In this document: positions 1 through 8,377 of the stretch, piece by piece
Position numbering within the stretch: the first letter of the stretch is position 1
How the letters are laid out: each line of letters opens with the position of its first letter
Assembly: GCA_964587045.1 (NCBI GenBank)
Contig: CAZPJY010000009.1
Span: 1 to 53,191 of the forward strand
Length of the DNA stretch: 53,191 nucleotides
Origin: an uncultured Methanosarcinales archaeon
GTDB lineage: Archaea > Nanobdellota > Nanobdellia > Woesearchaeales > CAZPJY01
Reading direction: 5' to 3'
Translations under genes and position numbers: made by a program
The notes under the pieces: model-generated
The model's database searches: none
What the model was told of the DNA's origin: nothing
The model's input: the letters and a program-made list of their open reading frames with translations, nothing else

Positions 1-401
1 ACGTGCAGGAAGACAGAGAGGAAAGAGACGGTGAGGGTCACCAGCTCCCATCTAGAAGGAAACTTCCTCCTTACAAGGTACTTCCAGCCGAGCATCACCG
101 CGAGCGTAACGATAGGCACGACGATCAGCGAAGCCGCTGTGTGGAAGAGGTAGTAGACGTTGTTCTTGGACCAAGGCAGCAGCACCCCAGACAGCGTCCC
201 GTGGTCGATCACGTACGAAAAGAAGTAAGCGGCGTCAGGAAAAGCCGCCGCGACGACAGCCGGCGCGAACACGAACCAGAAGTACTCTAGCTTCGCGCGA
301 AACCTTTTGGGCACGATGAAGTAAGCGACCAGCGCTACAGCGACGCCTGCCAGCACGTCCGGCACGTGCTCGTGCAGCAGGTAGATGTACCAGGGGTCCA
401 T
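1..401 (-). CDS. Membrane protein, possibly YdjM/LexA-binding-type metal-dependent hydrolase (3' end outside window)
   Basis: Not in ORF track. Hand translation from ATG at 401: MDPWYIYLLHEHVPDVLAGVAVALVAYFIV...AAAFPDAAYF...YYLFHTAASLIVV...SVFLHV, open to the window edge. Hydrophobic, with H...PD...H...H spacing. Starts 1 nt after the upstream stop. Confidence 0.55.
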   Translation of the reverse strand, partial: MDPWYIYLLHEHVPDVLAGVAVALVAYFIVPKRFRAKLEYFWFVFAPAVVAAAFPDAAYFFSYVIDHGTLSGVLLPWSKNNVYYLFHTAASLIVVPIVTLAVMLGWKYLVRRKFPSRWELVTLTVSFLSVFLH

Positions 402-402
402 C

Positions 403-837
403 CTAATACTCCCCGCTGAGGAACTCGTCCACGACGCTTTTGAGCTTGTCAGGCATGTTCTCCAGCTGCGCAGTGGGCCTGCTCAGGTCGAAATCAGGCT
501 TCTCCTCAGCCAGGACCGCGTCCTGCGTCTTCTTCAGGACCTCAATCGAGCCTTCCAGCTCGAGCAGGCTGCCCATGGCGAAGGCCTTCTTCTCAGAGCC
601 CAGCACCTTGAACCGCTTGGAAAGCGAGGACGAGAGCTTGACCCTGCGGTCCTCAAGCTTCTTGATCAGCTGCATCAGCAGAACCGACACCTTGCCCTCC
701 TGGCCGACGTAGAACTCGAGCGTCTTCCTCACGACCGCGTTCTCGTGCAGCCGGCCCTTCATCTCTGAGGACAGGAACTGCTTTTTGATGTGCTTCTCCC
801 TCTCCTGGAGAATCGCGGCCAGCTGTTCGAGCACCAT
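403..837 (-). CDS. Hypothetical helical/coiled-coil protein (144 aa)
   Basis: 3' part of the 403..1176 ORF. Start placed at MVLEQL (837) because the longer frame overlaps the divergent gene and a TTTAAATA box lies about 25 nt upstream on the minus strand. Confidence 0.6.
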   Translation of the reverse strand: MVLEQLAAILQEREKHIKKQFLSSEMKGRLHENAVVRKTLEFYVGQEGKVSVLLMQLIKKLEDRRVKLSSSLSKRFKVLGSEKKAFAMGSLLELEGSIEVLKKTQDAVLAEEKPDFDLSRPTAQLENMPDKLKSVVDEFLSGEY

Positions 838-951
838 GGGTGCTGAGGTAGCCTGGAGTCTATTTAAACGTTGTGAAACCGGAATAGTCACGGCGGCCCT
901 TGCGCAACGCTTAAGAAAGCCCTCCGAGCGGTGTTTTCTCCGGAGGTGGGA

Positions 952-1551
952 ATGGTGATGACCAAACGGAAAGTCAGAAGGCTGCTCATGAAAAAGAGCA
1001 GGAAGAGGATACCGCTGCTCGCGCTGATACTGCTCGCGGTGATACTGCCCTTCGTCGCCGCGACCGAGATAACCGAGGTGATGTTCAACCCGCAAGGAAG
1101 CGACTCGGGAAGGGAGTGGGTCGAGGTCGACGGCCCGGCAGACAACCTGACCCTCATCGAGAGCGGCGGCGCGCACGTCGTGTCCTACTACAGCGGGGCC
1201 GGAAGCGTCTCGGTGATAGCTGACGACCCTGCTATGTTCCTCGCGGACAACCCGGGCTACTCAGGCCTGCTGTACCAGAGCTCGTGGACGGCGCTGTCCA
1301 ACTCTGGCGAGGAGATAAGCATCGAAGAAAACGGCACGGTGGTTGACGCGTTCGACTACTCAGGGCTCAGCAGCGCAGAAGGCGAGTCCCTGCAAAAAGT
1401 TGGAGACGGCTGGGTGTCAGCTGCACCCAGTCCTGGAGGGGTGAAGCAGAAATCGGACGAGGTCCCGGAGTTCTCGACGCTCACCGCGGCAATCGCACTG
1501 CTAGCGAGCCTCGTCCTTGTGAAAGTGAGAAAGGTACCAGTCGACTGTTGA
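952..1551 (+). CDS. Secreted lamin-tail-like domain protein with C-terminal PEF-CTERM sorting signal
   Basis: SD GGAGGTG at 941-947. Signal peptide, ITEVMFNPxGSDxxxEWVEV motif typical of lamin-tail domains, C-terminal VPEF + hydrophobic helix + KVRK. Start could be 952, 958 or 988. Confidence 0.75.
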   Translation: MVMTKRKVRRLLMKKSRKRIPLLALILLAVILPFVAATEITEVMFNPQGSDSGREWVEVDGPADNLTLIESGGAHVVSYYSGAGSVSVIADDPAMFLADNPGYSGLLYQSSWTALSNSGEEISIEENGTVVDAFDYSGLSSAEGESLQKVGDGWVSAAPSPGGVKQKSDEVPEFSTLTAAIALLASLVLVKVRKVPVDC

Positions 1552-2490
1552 GGCCACGCCGTCCTCGATGCCGGTCTTGGGGAAAAAGCCCAGGTCGCGC
1601 TGCGCGCGGGTGATGTCTGCGAAGGTCTCGCGCATCTCGTAAGGCGGCGCAGGGGTGTTCAGGCGCTTCGCCTTCCTGCCCAAGCGCGACTCGACGAGCT
1701 CGATCAGCCAGTTGACCTCGATAGGGTGATTATTGCCCAGGTTGTAGACGCTGTAGCCGTCGGCGTTGTCCAGGGCGGATACGACACCTGCCACTATGTC
1801 GTCGATGAAGGTGAAGTCCCTCTTGAGCTTTCCGCCGTCGTAGACCAAGATGGGCTGCCCTTTCATGATGCGGTGCGGGAACAGGATGTTTGCCATGTCA
1901 GGCCTGCCCCAAGGGCCGTACACCGTGAAGAAGCGCAGCACTGTCACGTCGCCGCCGGCGTTGTGGTAGTGGTTGTAGGCCAAGAGCTCGCCTGCCTTCT
2001 TGGTCGCAGCGTACAGCGATACCGGCCTGTCTGTTGGCTGGTCCTCGCTGAAGGGCACGCGGTTGCCGCTGCCGTAGACTGAGGACGTCGAAGCGTAGAT
2101 TACGCGCTTGATCTTGAGCTCGCGGGCGAGCTCGAGCGTGTTCCTCGTGCCTGTCACGTTGCTCCTCTCGTACAGCTCAGGCCTCTTTTCAGAGAAGCGC
2201 ACGCCTGCCTGCGCCGCGAGGTGGATGACGGCGTCGCAGTCGCCGAAGCCTCTCATCAGGTGGCCCAGGTCAGCCTTATTCGCCACGTCGCAGAAGAACA
2301 CAGGCTTGCATTTTCCGAGCATGCTGCTGACGCGCTCCTCCTTCAGCCTTGAGAAGGCCTTGTCCCCGGTGGACACGACGTAGTAGTCGTTGAAGTTGTC
2401 AAGGGCAATGACCTCGTCGCCTCTATCAGCCAGCTTCTTGGCTACGCGGCTTCCTATGAACCCTGCGCCTCCTGTGACAAGTACTCTCAT
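1501..2490 (-). CDS. NAD-dependent epimerase/dehydratase (UDP-glucuronate 4-epimerase-like)
   Basis: VTGGAGFIG Rossmann motif, HLAAQAGVR, STSSVYG, YAATK, LRFFTVYGPWGRPDMA. Confidence 0.92.
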   Translation of the reverse strand: MRVLVTGGAGFIGSRVAKKLADRGDEVIALDNFNDYYVVSTGDKAFSRLKEERVSSMLGKCKPVFFCDVANKADLGHLMRGFGDCDAVIHLAAQAGVRFSEKRPELYERSNVTGTRNTLELARELKIKRVIYASTSSVYGSGNRVPFSEDQPTDRPVSLYAATKKAGELLAYNHYHNAGGDVTVLRFFTVYGPWGRPDMANILFPHRIMKGQPILVYDGGKLKRDFTFIDDIVAGVVSALDNADGYSVYNLGNNHPIEVNWLIELVESRLGRKAKRLNTPAPPYEMRETFADITRAQRDLGFFPKTGIEDGVASTVDWYLSHFHKDEAR

Positions 2491-2616
2491 GGGATAAATG
2501 GATTTGTGGTAATTATTAAGCCTACTGAAAATAAATATACTTTTTAGTATACTGATATACTAATTTATTTATCATTTGGTCAAAGTATTAATACCCAAGA
2601 CCAATCCGGCAATCCC

Positions 2617-3315
2617 ATGCAGATGCGCGACCTCTCACTGTGGTTCCCGAAACAAAAGGTCCTCGTGATTGCTGACCTGCACATCGGAAAGGAGGAGGAG
2701 CTCAACAAAGACGGCCTGCTCGTGCCCCGCACCGCCACGCGCACCATGCGCGCCCGCTTCATGCGCATCCTAAAAGGCATCAGCCCCAAGACCATCGTGA
2801 TAGCAGGCGACCTCAAGCACGAGTTCGGCACCATCTCAGAGACCGAGTGGCGCGACGTCCTGGGCTTCCTGGACCTGTGCCTCCAGCGCTGCGGCGAGGT
2901 CGTCCTCATCAAAGGCAACCACGACACCGTCCTAGGCCCCATCGCCGACAAGCGCAAAGTCACCATCAAACCACACTTCGCAGCCGGAGACGTCCTCATC
3001 ATCCACGGCGATGCTGAGCCGCCACCTGCACTCCTCAAAGGGGTCAAAACCGTCGTCGCAGGCCATAAGCATCCTGCCATCACCCTCAAGGAAGGCGCCC
3101 GCGCCGAGACCTACAAATGCTTCCTCAAAGGGCCCTACAAGGGGAGGGAACTCATGATACTGCCATCATTTTCCCCACTCGCCGAAGGCTCAAACATACT
3201 TGTCAAGAACAGGGTGCGCCCGCTAGTCGACGACGCAAGCGACTTTCGCGTCTACGCAGTCTCAGACAGGACCTACGACTTCGGGACGGTGGGCCGTCTT
3301 CAACGAAACGTTTAA
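2617..3315 (+). CDS. Calcineurin-like metallophosphoesterase
   Basis: ADLHIG, GDLKH, GNHD, HG and GHxHP motifs. Confidence 0.88.
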   Translation: MQMRDLSLWFPKQKVLVIADLHIGKEEELNKDGLLVPRTATRTMRARFMRILKGISPKTIVIAGDLKHEFGTISETEWRDVLGFLDLCLQRCGEVVLIKGNHDTVLGPIADKRKVTIKPHFAAGDVLIIHGDAEPPPALLKGVKTVVAGHKHPAITLKEGARAETYKCFLKGPYKGRELMILPSFSPLAEGSNILVKNRVRPLVDDASDFRVYAVSDRTYDFGTVGRLQRNV

Positions 3316-3350
3316 ATAAACAGTCAAGGAGCGAAACAAGGGGTGGTAAA

Positions 3351-3509
3351 ATGGCCATAGGAACACCGGAGATCTTGATCATTCTGATCATAGTCCTGAT
3401 ACTCTTCGGTCCGCGCAAGCTGCCTGAGCTCGCGAGGGCCGCGGGAGAGTCGGTCCACGCCTACAGGGAAGGCCTGCACGGCAAGCGCAAGAAGAAGCTG
3501 CAGGGCTAG
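3351..3509 (+). CDS. tatA: Twin-arginine translocase subunit TatA
   Basis: MAIGTPEILIILIIVLILFGPRKLPELARAAG, the classic TatA TM + FG hinge + amphipathic helix. Directly upstream of tatC; TTTAAATA box near 3311. Confidence 0.92.
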   Translation: MAIGTPEILIILIIVLILFGPRKLPELARAAGESVHAYREGLHGKRKKKLQG

Positions 3510-3512
3510 TTC

Positions 3513-4193
3513 ATGCTCCTCGAAGAACACCTCGAAGAGCTGAGGAAGCGGCTCCTCCACGTGATAGTCTGGACCGCGCTGCTGTCAGTCGCAGGCCTCG
3601 CCGCGGCGCCCAAAGCGCTGCAGCTGCTGACCTCCCTCTTCCCATTCCCGCTCGTCGCGCTGAGCCCCACAGAAGCGCTGGTAACCGAGATAAGGATAGG
3701 AATCCTCACAGGGGTCGTCCTCGCGTCGCCAGTCATCATCTACCACGGCTTGCGATTCGTCATGCCAGGCCTCACCGCAAAGGAGAGGCAGGGGGTGTGG
3801 CTGATCATGCCCGCAGCCCTGCTGCTCGCGGTGATGGGAGTAGTCTTCTCAGTCTTCATACTGCTGAACATCGGCATGCTGTTCCTGGCCTCGACAGCCA
3901 CCTCGTTGGGGATCCAGAACATGTGGAGCGTCGCGAAGTTCGTGAGCCTCGTAGTAAGCACCTCGCTCATAATGGCCGTGGTGTTCCAGCTGCCCCTGGT
4001 CATGCTCATGCTCAAGAAGCTGGGCATAATCTCCCCGGAGACGATAGCGAAGAGGAGGAGGGAGACCTACGTCGCCATAATGGTGATCGCCGCGATCATC
4101 ACCCCGCCCGACGCCGTCACGCTAGCGCTGGTCTCGATACCCCTGATCCTGCTCTTCGAGGCGAGCGTAGCCATCACTCGCATGTCTCGGTGA
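3513..4193 (+). CDS. tatC: Twin-arginine translocase subunit TatC
   Basis: EHLEELRKRL, PGLTAKE, FQLP, AAIITPPD, LFE motifs; multiple TM helices. Confidence 0.93.
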   Translation: MLLEEHLEELRKRLLHVIVWTALLSVAGLAAAPKALQLLTSLFPFPLVALSPTEALVTEIRIGILTGVVLASPVIIYHGLRFVMPGLTAKERQGVWLIMPAALLLAVMGVVFSVFILLNIGMLFLASTATSLGIQNMWSVAKFVSLVVSTSLIMAVVFQLPLVMLMLKKLGIISPETIAKRRRETYVAIMVIAAIITPPDAVTLALVSIPLILLFEASVAITRMSR

Positions 4194-5019
4194 TGCGGTA
4201 GACCACCCTGCTGCCAGACGTCTCGACCATCCCCGTCTTCTCGACGAAAGTCTTGACAGGGATCTGCACCGTCGGAGGGAAAACCCTGTACCTGGCCGAC
4301 ACGCACGCCCAGAGCTTGCTCATCTTGGGGAACAGAATCGCGTCCTCGTTGCCGATGCCGTACTTGTTCTCGAACTCAATCAGGAAGGGCAGGGTGTTGC
4401 CGGAAAAAGTCGCGCCGAGGTCGCGGTACTTGTAGCACGCGACCGCCTTCTCGAAGCTGACCGTCCCGGTCTCGTCGGGACCGAGCTCGACGACCTTGAC
4501 GTTGTCGCCGTCTCCGATGTAGTAGTCGCTGCCCGACTCGGTGGGAAAGAGGCGCTCGATGGTGAAGTTGCCAGCCCTGCTGTCCGCGTTCCGGATCTCC
4601 ACCTCGTCAACGAGCAGGCTCCTCCCGTCCAGCTCAGCCGTAAACAAAGCGGTGTTGTCCTGGTCGTCCCAGCCAGTTATCACGATGTTTTCGTAGATGT
4701 CCCTGAACCTGTCCTGGTCGAAGTACACGTACAGGGTCTGCCGCTTCTGCTCGAGCACCCTGAACGGGTCGACCATCTCGTACCTGAGCTCGTGGTCCAC
4801 GTAGCTGACCTCCTCGACCTCGTACTTGTCGATCATCGGGTAAGAGAAGTTCTCGATCGCCGCGACGAGCGTGGGAACGCAGGCCGGCTCCTCCGGGACT
4901 GGCTCTGATATTATCTCCTCAACCCCCTCGGAGATGTCCTGGTGCTCCTGAATGATTTGGTCAGAGCTGCAGCCTGCGATCAGCAGCAGCAAGCACATGA
5001 TTGCTAGGTATCTCATCAT
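4174..5019 (-). CDS. Hypothetical lipoprotein
   Basis: N-terminal hydrophobic stretch ending in lipobox IAGC; start overlaps upstream stop. Confidence 0.7.
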   Translation of the reverse strand: MMRYLAIMCLLLLIAGCSSDQIIQEHQDISEGVEEIISEPVPEEPACVPTLVAAIENFSYPMIDKYEVEEVSYVDHELRYEMVDPFRVLEQKRQTLYVYFDQDRFRDIYENIVITGWDDQDNTALFTAELDGRSLLVDEVEIRNADSRAGNFTIERLFPTESGSDYYIGDGDNVKVVELGPDETGTVSFEKAVACYKYRDLGATFSGNTLPFLIEFENKYGIGNEDAILFPKMSKLWACVSARYRVFPPTVQIPVKTFVEKTGMVETSGSRVVYRITETCE

Positions 5020-6470
5020 ACATCACCTTCTGCGAATTCGATAGTGTAATAGCGAAGGACCGTCGGATGCCTCCTCCCCACGCAGTCAGCCTCGAGCCCG
5101 GCCTTGCCGCACAGGTTGGAGAGGAACAGGTCTGTGGTGGGCAGCTGGTCCCACACGCTGGGCAGGTACGTCGCCTGGTACGGCCCCCACCTGAGCACGA
5201 TGCCGTCCTTGCCCGGAACGATCTTCGACACCAGGTCCGCGTAGTCGTCGTACTGCACCTCCTCAGGCGTGGTCAGTATGCTCACGTCGATCACGAGATC
5301 GGGCACCTCGCCGTAAGTCACAGGGGTGAAACGCGCGTCGTTCAAGGCGGCGCTCTTCGCGTTCTGGATAACGCACTGGTACAGCGGCACCTGCGCGACA
5401 ATGTGCCCTATGCAGCCTCGCAACGCGCCGTTCTCGTTGAGGGTGACGAAGCAGCCCATCTTCTCCTTTAGCCTTCCAGGCACCTCTCCCACGTCGGGCT
5501 CCGAGCCGTTGGCGAGCACGTCCTGGATGGTCTCGCGGGCGAGCGTCAGCAAGAAGCGCTTCTCCTCGTCGGTGTACGCGTTGGCGTAGAAGGCGACCGC
5601 GCCGTATCCCACCACGCTGTCCTTGCCGCCTGCGGTGTCGCCGGAGTTGGCGTAGTCGACGAGCACAGGCTGCCAGCCCTTGCGCTTGGCCAGCTCCATG
5701 AGGATGAGCGCTGCGTGCAGGCCGCACATCTCAGACGCGCCAAGCGCGGGCACGTCCATCGCGACTATCGCGTCGAGGCACGACGTGTCCTTGGCAACGG
5801 CCGTGTCGTAAGGGTGGTAGTGGGAGAGGTCCGAGCTGACGACGAACAGCGCGTCGAGGTCCTCGAGCGCGTCCGCGGCCTGGGCGATCATCTCAGCGGT
5901 CATGTAGCCCGTGACGAGCGGAATGACCTCGCCGTCGGGCAACTTCTCTTGCAGGAACGGTATCTCAACCTCGATCACGTGGGTCAGGTGCGCGGCCGGC
6001 ACGTACGAGAACAGCGGGTTTGCGTACAGCTCAACTACCTCGTCAGAGACGGGGTAGTCGCCCAGCGGGGTCCGGAGCGCAGTGGAGTTGTCAGCGCTGA
6101 TGCCTGAGAACATGGCGTCCGCGTTGTGGTTCGATGCCATGACGACCACCAGGTTGTAGTCGTGCTGGATCTGGGCGAAGCCGTCCGCTGCCACCTGGCC
6201 CGAGTAGACGTAGCCGGCGTGGGGGACGATCAGCGCTTTCAGCTCGCCCTCGTGCTCGAGCACCTGAGCCTTGTCCAAGAATCCTTCGACCTCGGCAGAG
6301 AGCTGCGCTTCGCCCGCAGGGTAGAACTGCCCTGCCACGTTGGGCTGCCTCACGTTGGGCTCCCTGACGCTTGGGTTTTCGGAAGGCTGCCCCATCCTGT
6401 GCAGGGTCAGCGCGAGCAGCACTATGAGAAGCATGAATACGACGATTGCGGTCAGGTGTAGCTTAGCCAT
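5016..6470 (-). CDS. AmmeMemoRadiSam protein B (MEMO1)-protein A (AMMECR1) fusion with N-terminal TM helix
   Basis: MEMO motifs VAGQFYP, PHAGYVYSG, SSDLSHY, VVGYGA followed by AMMECR1 motifs GCFVTL, LRGCIG, ATYLPSVW, LCGKAG. Confidence 0.9.
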   Translation of the reverse strand: MAKLHLTAIVVFMLLIVLLALTLHRMGQPSENPSVREPNVRQPNVAGQFYPAGEAQLSAEVEGFLDKAQVLEHEGELKALIVPHAGYVYSGQVAADGFAQIQHDYNLVVVMASNHNADAMFSGISADNSTALRTPLGDYPVSDEVVELYANPLFSYVPAAHLTHVIEVEIPFLQEKLPDGEVIPLVTGYMTAEMIAQAADALEDLDALFVVSSDLSHYHPYDTAVAKDTSCLDAIVAMDVPALGASEMCGLHAALILMELAKRKGWQPVLVDYANSGDTAGGKDSVVGYGAVAFYANAYTDEEKRFLLTLARETIQDVLANGSEPDVGEVPGRLKEKMGCFVTLNENGALRGCIGHIVAQVPLYQCVIQNAKSAALNDARFTPVTYGEVPDLVIDVSILTTPEEVQYDDYADLVSKIVPGKDGIVLRWGPYQATYLPSVWDQLPTTDLFLSNLCGKAGLEADCVGRRHPTVLRYYTIEFAEGDV

Positions 6471-6729
6471 TTTTTATCCTGTTGAAGGAGAGGAACTCGG
6501 CTGCGGAGAACATCCTCTTGCAGGAGTCGCACTGGAAGACCATCTCGCCGTCGGGCATGGGATAACCTGAGTCCCGGATCCTGGTCTTCCCGCACTTGGG
6601 GCATCGCAGCTCGACCCTGCCGACCGATAAGAAGGTATCGCACTCCTTGCAGTAGTACATGTCTGATTCTACGAGGACCATCTTGTGCGAGCCTGCGTCG
6701 CAGTAAGGACAAAAGTTTACCCCTGCCAT
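6463..6729 (-). CDS. Small double zinc-ribbon protein (88 aa, four CxxC)
   Basis: MAGVNFCPYC...CKEC...CPKC...CDSC. Start placed at 6729 after a purine-rich SD-like run; stop overlaps the start of the MEMO-AMMECR1 gene. Confidence 0.75.
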   Translation of the reverse strand: MAGVNFCPYCDAGSHKMVLVESDMYYCKECDTFLSVGRVELRCPKCGKTRIRDSGYPMPDGEMVFQCDSCKRMFSAAEFLSFNRIKNG

Positions 6730-6828
6730 TCTCCCACCCTCCAATTCCCTGCCCGTATTTATAAATGTTATTATTGCCGAAGAATTTTTATAGGGCGCAC
6801 ACCACTTTCCCATCAAAGAGGTGAACCC

Positions 6829-7917
6829 GTGATAAATCCGCAGCTCGTACAGTACATACGCCAGCAGCTGGCAAGCGGATATTCTGTCGAGCAGATCAGG
6901 ACCTACCTCTACAATTACGGGTATCCCATACAGGACATAGACGAGTGCATCAACTACATCTACTACCCGCCGCAGGCAGCGCGGCAGCCTGAGCCCAAGA
7001 CGCACGGCCTGGCCATAGCCCTCGTCGCAGCAGTCTTGCTGGTGCTCGCCGGCGGAACCGCTGGCTGGTACTTCTTCCTGCGGCAGCCAGCGACCCTACT
7101 CGACGTCGAGACTGACGCGGTAACAGACAGCGTCATGCCGGGCGAGGACCTCAGCTTCATAGTTGAGCTGACCAGCCTCGGCCGCGCCGCGAGGTTCGAC
7201 GTCACCCTCAGCTACGAGATGATGAAGCAGGGCGGGCAGAGGATCGGCCAAAAGGAGGAGTCTGTTGCGATAGAGACCTCAGCCTCCAAGAGGGTCGACA
7301 TGCAGGTGCCAAGCGACGCGTCCCCCGGCACGTACACCCTCAGGACGACTGCCCAGTACGGCGGGCAACGCGCGGTGGCCTCGTTCAGCTTCAGGGTCGA
7401 AGGGACGCTGCCGGCAGAAGAGCCTGAGACCCCGCCCGAAGAGGAGCCCGAACCTGAACCTGAAACGCCGCCCGAGGAAGAGACGCCGCCGGAGGAGGCG
7501 CCGCCTGAAGAGGAGCAGCCCCCAATCACGCTGTCGCTTACGACCGTACGCGAGATGCTGGATGAGGCCAAGGCCGAAGCCAGGAGCAGCCCGCGCGAAG
7601 GGCTGGACTACTGCCGCGCCATAGACGACTCGAGGACGCGGGACAGCTGCATGAGGATCATCGCCGAAGCGACGGAGAACCCCGTCTTCTGCGACGAGAT
7701 AGAGGTGCCCAACAAGCGCGACTCGTGCTACATGGCCTTCGTCATGCGCGGCGACGAAAGGAGCTGCGACAAGATCTCCAACCCGAGCCTAGTTCCCACA
7801 TGCCAGGCCATGAACACCTTCACGGCGGCTATGGATGAGAACGCTGACCCAGACGAGCTCATGGAGATGCTCAACATAACGGTGACCAAATATGAACAGA
7901 AGAACCCGCTCGACTAA
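6829..7917 (+). CDS. Single-pass surface protein: small N-terminal helical domain, TM, Ig-like domain, Pro/Glu linker, Cys-pair repeats
   Basis: GTG start after SD GAGGTGA. NPQLVQYIRQQLASGYSVEQIR N-terminus, TM helix, beta-rich segment ending PGTYTL, EEPETPP linker, C-terminal C..I....RD.C repeats. Confidence 0.75.
   Translation: MINPQLVQYIRQQLASGYSVEQIRTYLYNYGYPIQDIDECINYIYYPPQAARQPEPKTHGLAIALVAAVLLVLAGGTAGWYFFLRQPATLLDVETDAVTDSVMPGEDLSFIVELTSLGRAARFDVTLSYEMMKQGGQRIGQKEESVAIETSASKRVDMQVPSDASPGTYTLRTTAQYGGQRAVASFSFRVEGTLPAEEPETPPEEEPEPEPETPPEEETPPEEAPPEEEQPPITLSLTTVREMLDEAKAEARSSPREGLDYCRAIDDSRTRDSCMRIIAEATENPVFCDEIEVPNKRDSCYMAFVMRGDERSCDKISNPSLVPTCQAMNTFTAAMDENADPDELMEMLNITVTKYEQKNPLD
7417..7525 (+). 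repeat. Low-complexity Pro/Glu coding repeat (EEPETPPEEEPEPEPETPPEEETPPEEAPPEEEQPP)
   Basis: Degenerate repeats of (E)TPPEE within the 6829..7917 CDS. Confidence 0.7.
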
Positions 7918-8377
7918 GGCAGAACTGCACGGCCAGGTCTTCAGCTACGTGCTCGCATTCATACTGGTGGTGCTGCTCCTGGTCTTCGGATTCCAGGGCT
8001 TCTCGACCATGCAGGACGCGTCGCTCGACCAGCAGGCGCAGGAGTTCATCGAGCTGCTCTCCCAGACCATCGACGCGAACGCGCGGCAGATCGGGAAGGT
8101 CAGCGCGGTCACGTTCTCCATCGACCACGACTACCTCTGCCTCGCCGACTACGACGCGCCGGCCTTCCCGCCGCCAGTGATACCAGACGAGATGGTCAGG
8201 GCGCTGATACGGGACCAGCAGGGCAGCGGGGACAACGCGTTCCTGGTAAAGGACCTCAGCGTGTGGTCGTTCTCAGTCCCCAAGCTCCAGCTCGAGCAGA
8301 GGGTGCTCTGCGTCGAGGGCGGCACGCAGCTCTCGTTGGAGGGCACGGGGCCAACCACGGTGGTGAGGGCGGGATGA
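7892..8377 (+). CDS. Pilin-like protein with class III signal peptide
   Basis: Basic N-terminus MNRRTRSTKA, then ELHGQVFSYVLAFILVVLLLVFGF hydrophobic helix and a small globular domain. Confidence 0.6.
   Translation: MNRRTRSTKAELHGQVFSYVLAFILVVLLLVFGFQGFSTMQDASLDQQAQEFIELLSQTIDANARQIGKVSAVTFSIDHDYLCLADYDAPAFPPPVIPDEMVRALIRDQQGSGDNAFLVKDLSVWSFSVPKLQLEQRVLCVEGGTQLSLEGTGPTTVVRAG

Noticed and set aside
836..930. GCTGAGGTAGCCTGG resembles a tRNA 5' end
   Set aside because: No T-arm (GTTCRA), anticodon stem or matching acceptor stem; the region is a divergent promoter.
7417..7525. Repetitive GAR/CCN tract as possible CRISPR or VNTR
   Set aside because: Degenerate coding Pro/Glu linker without spacers.
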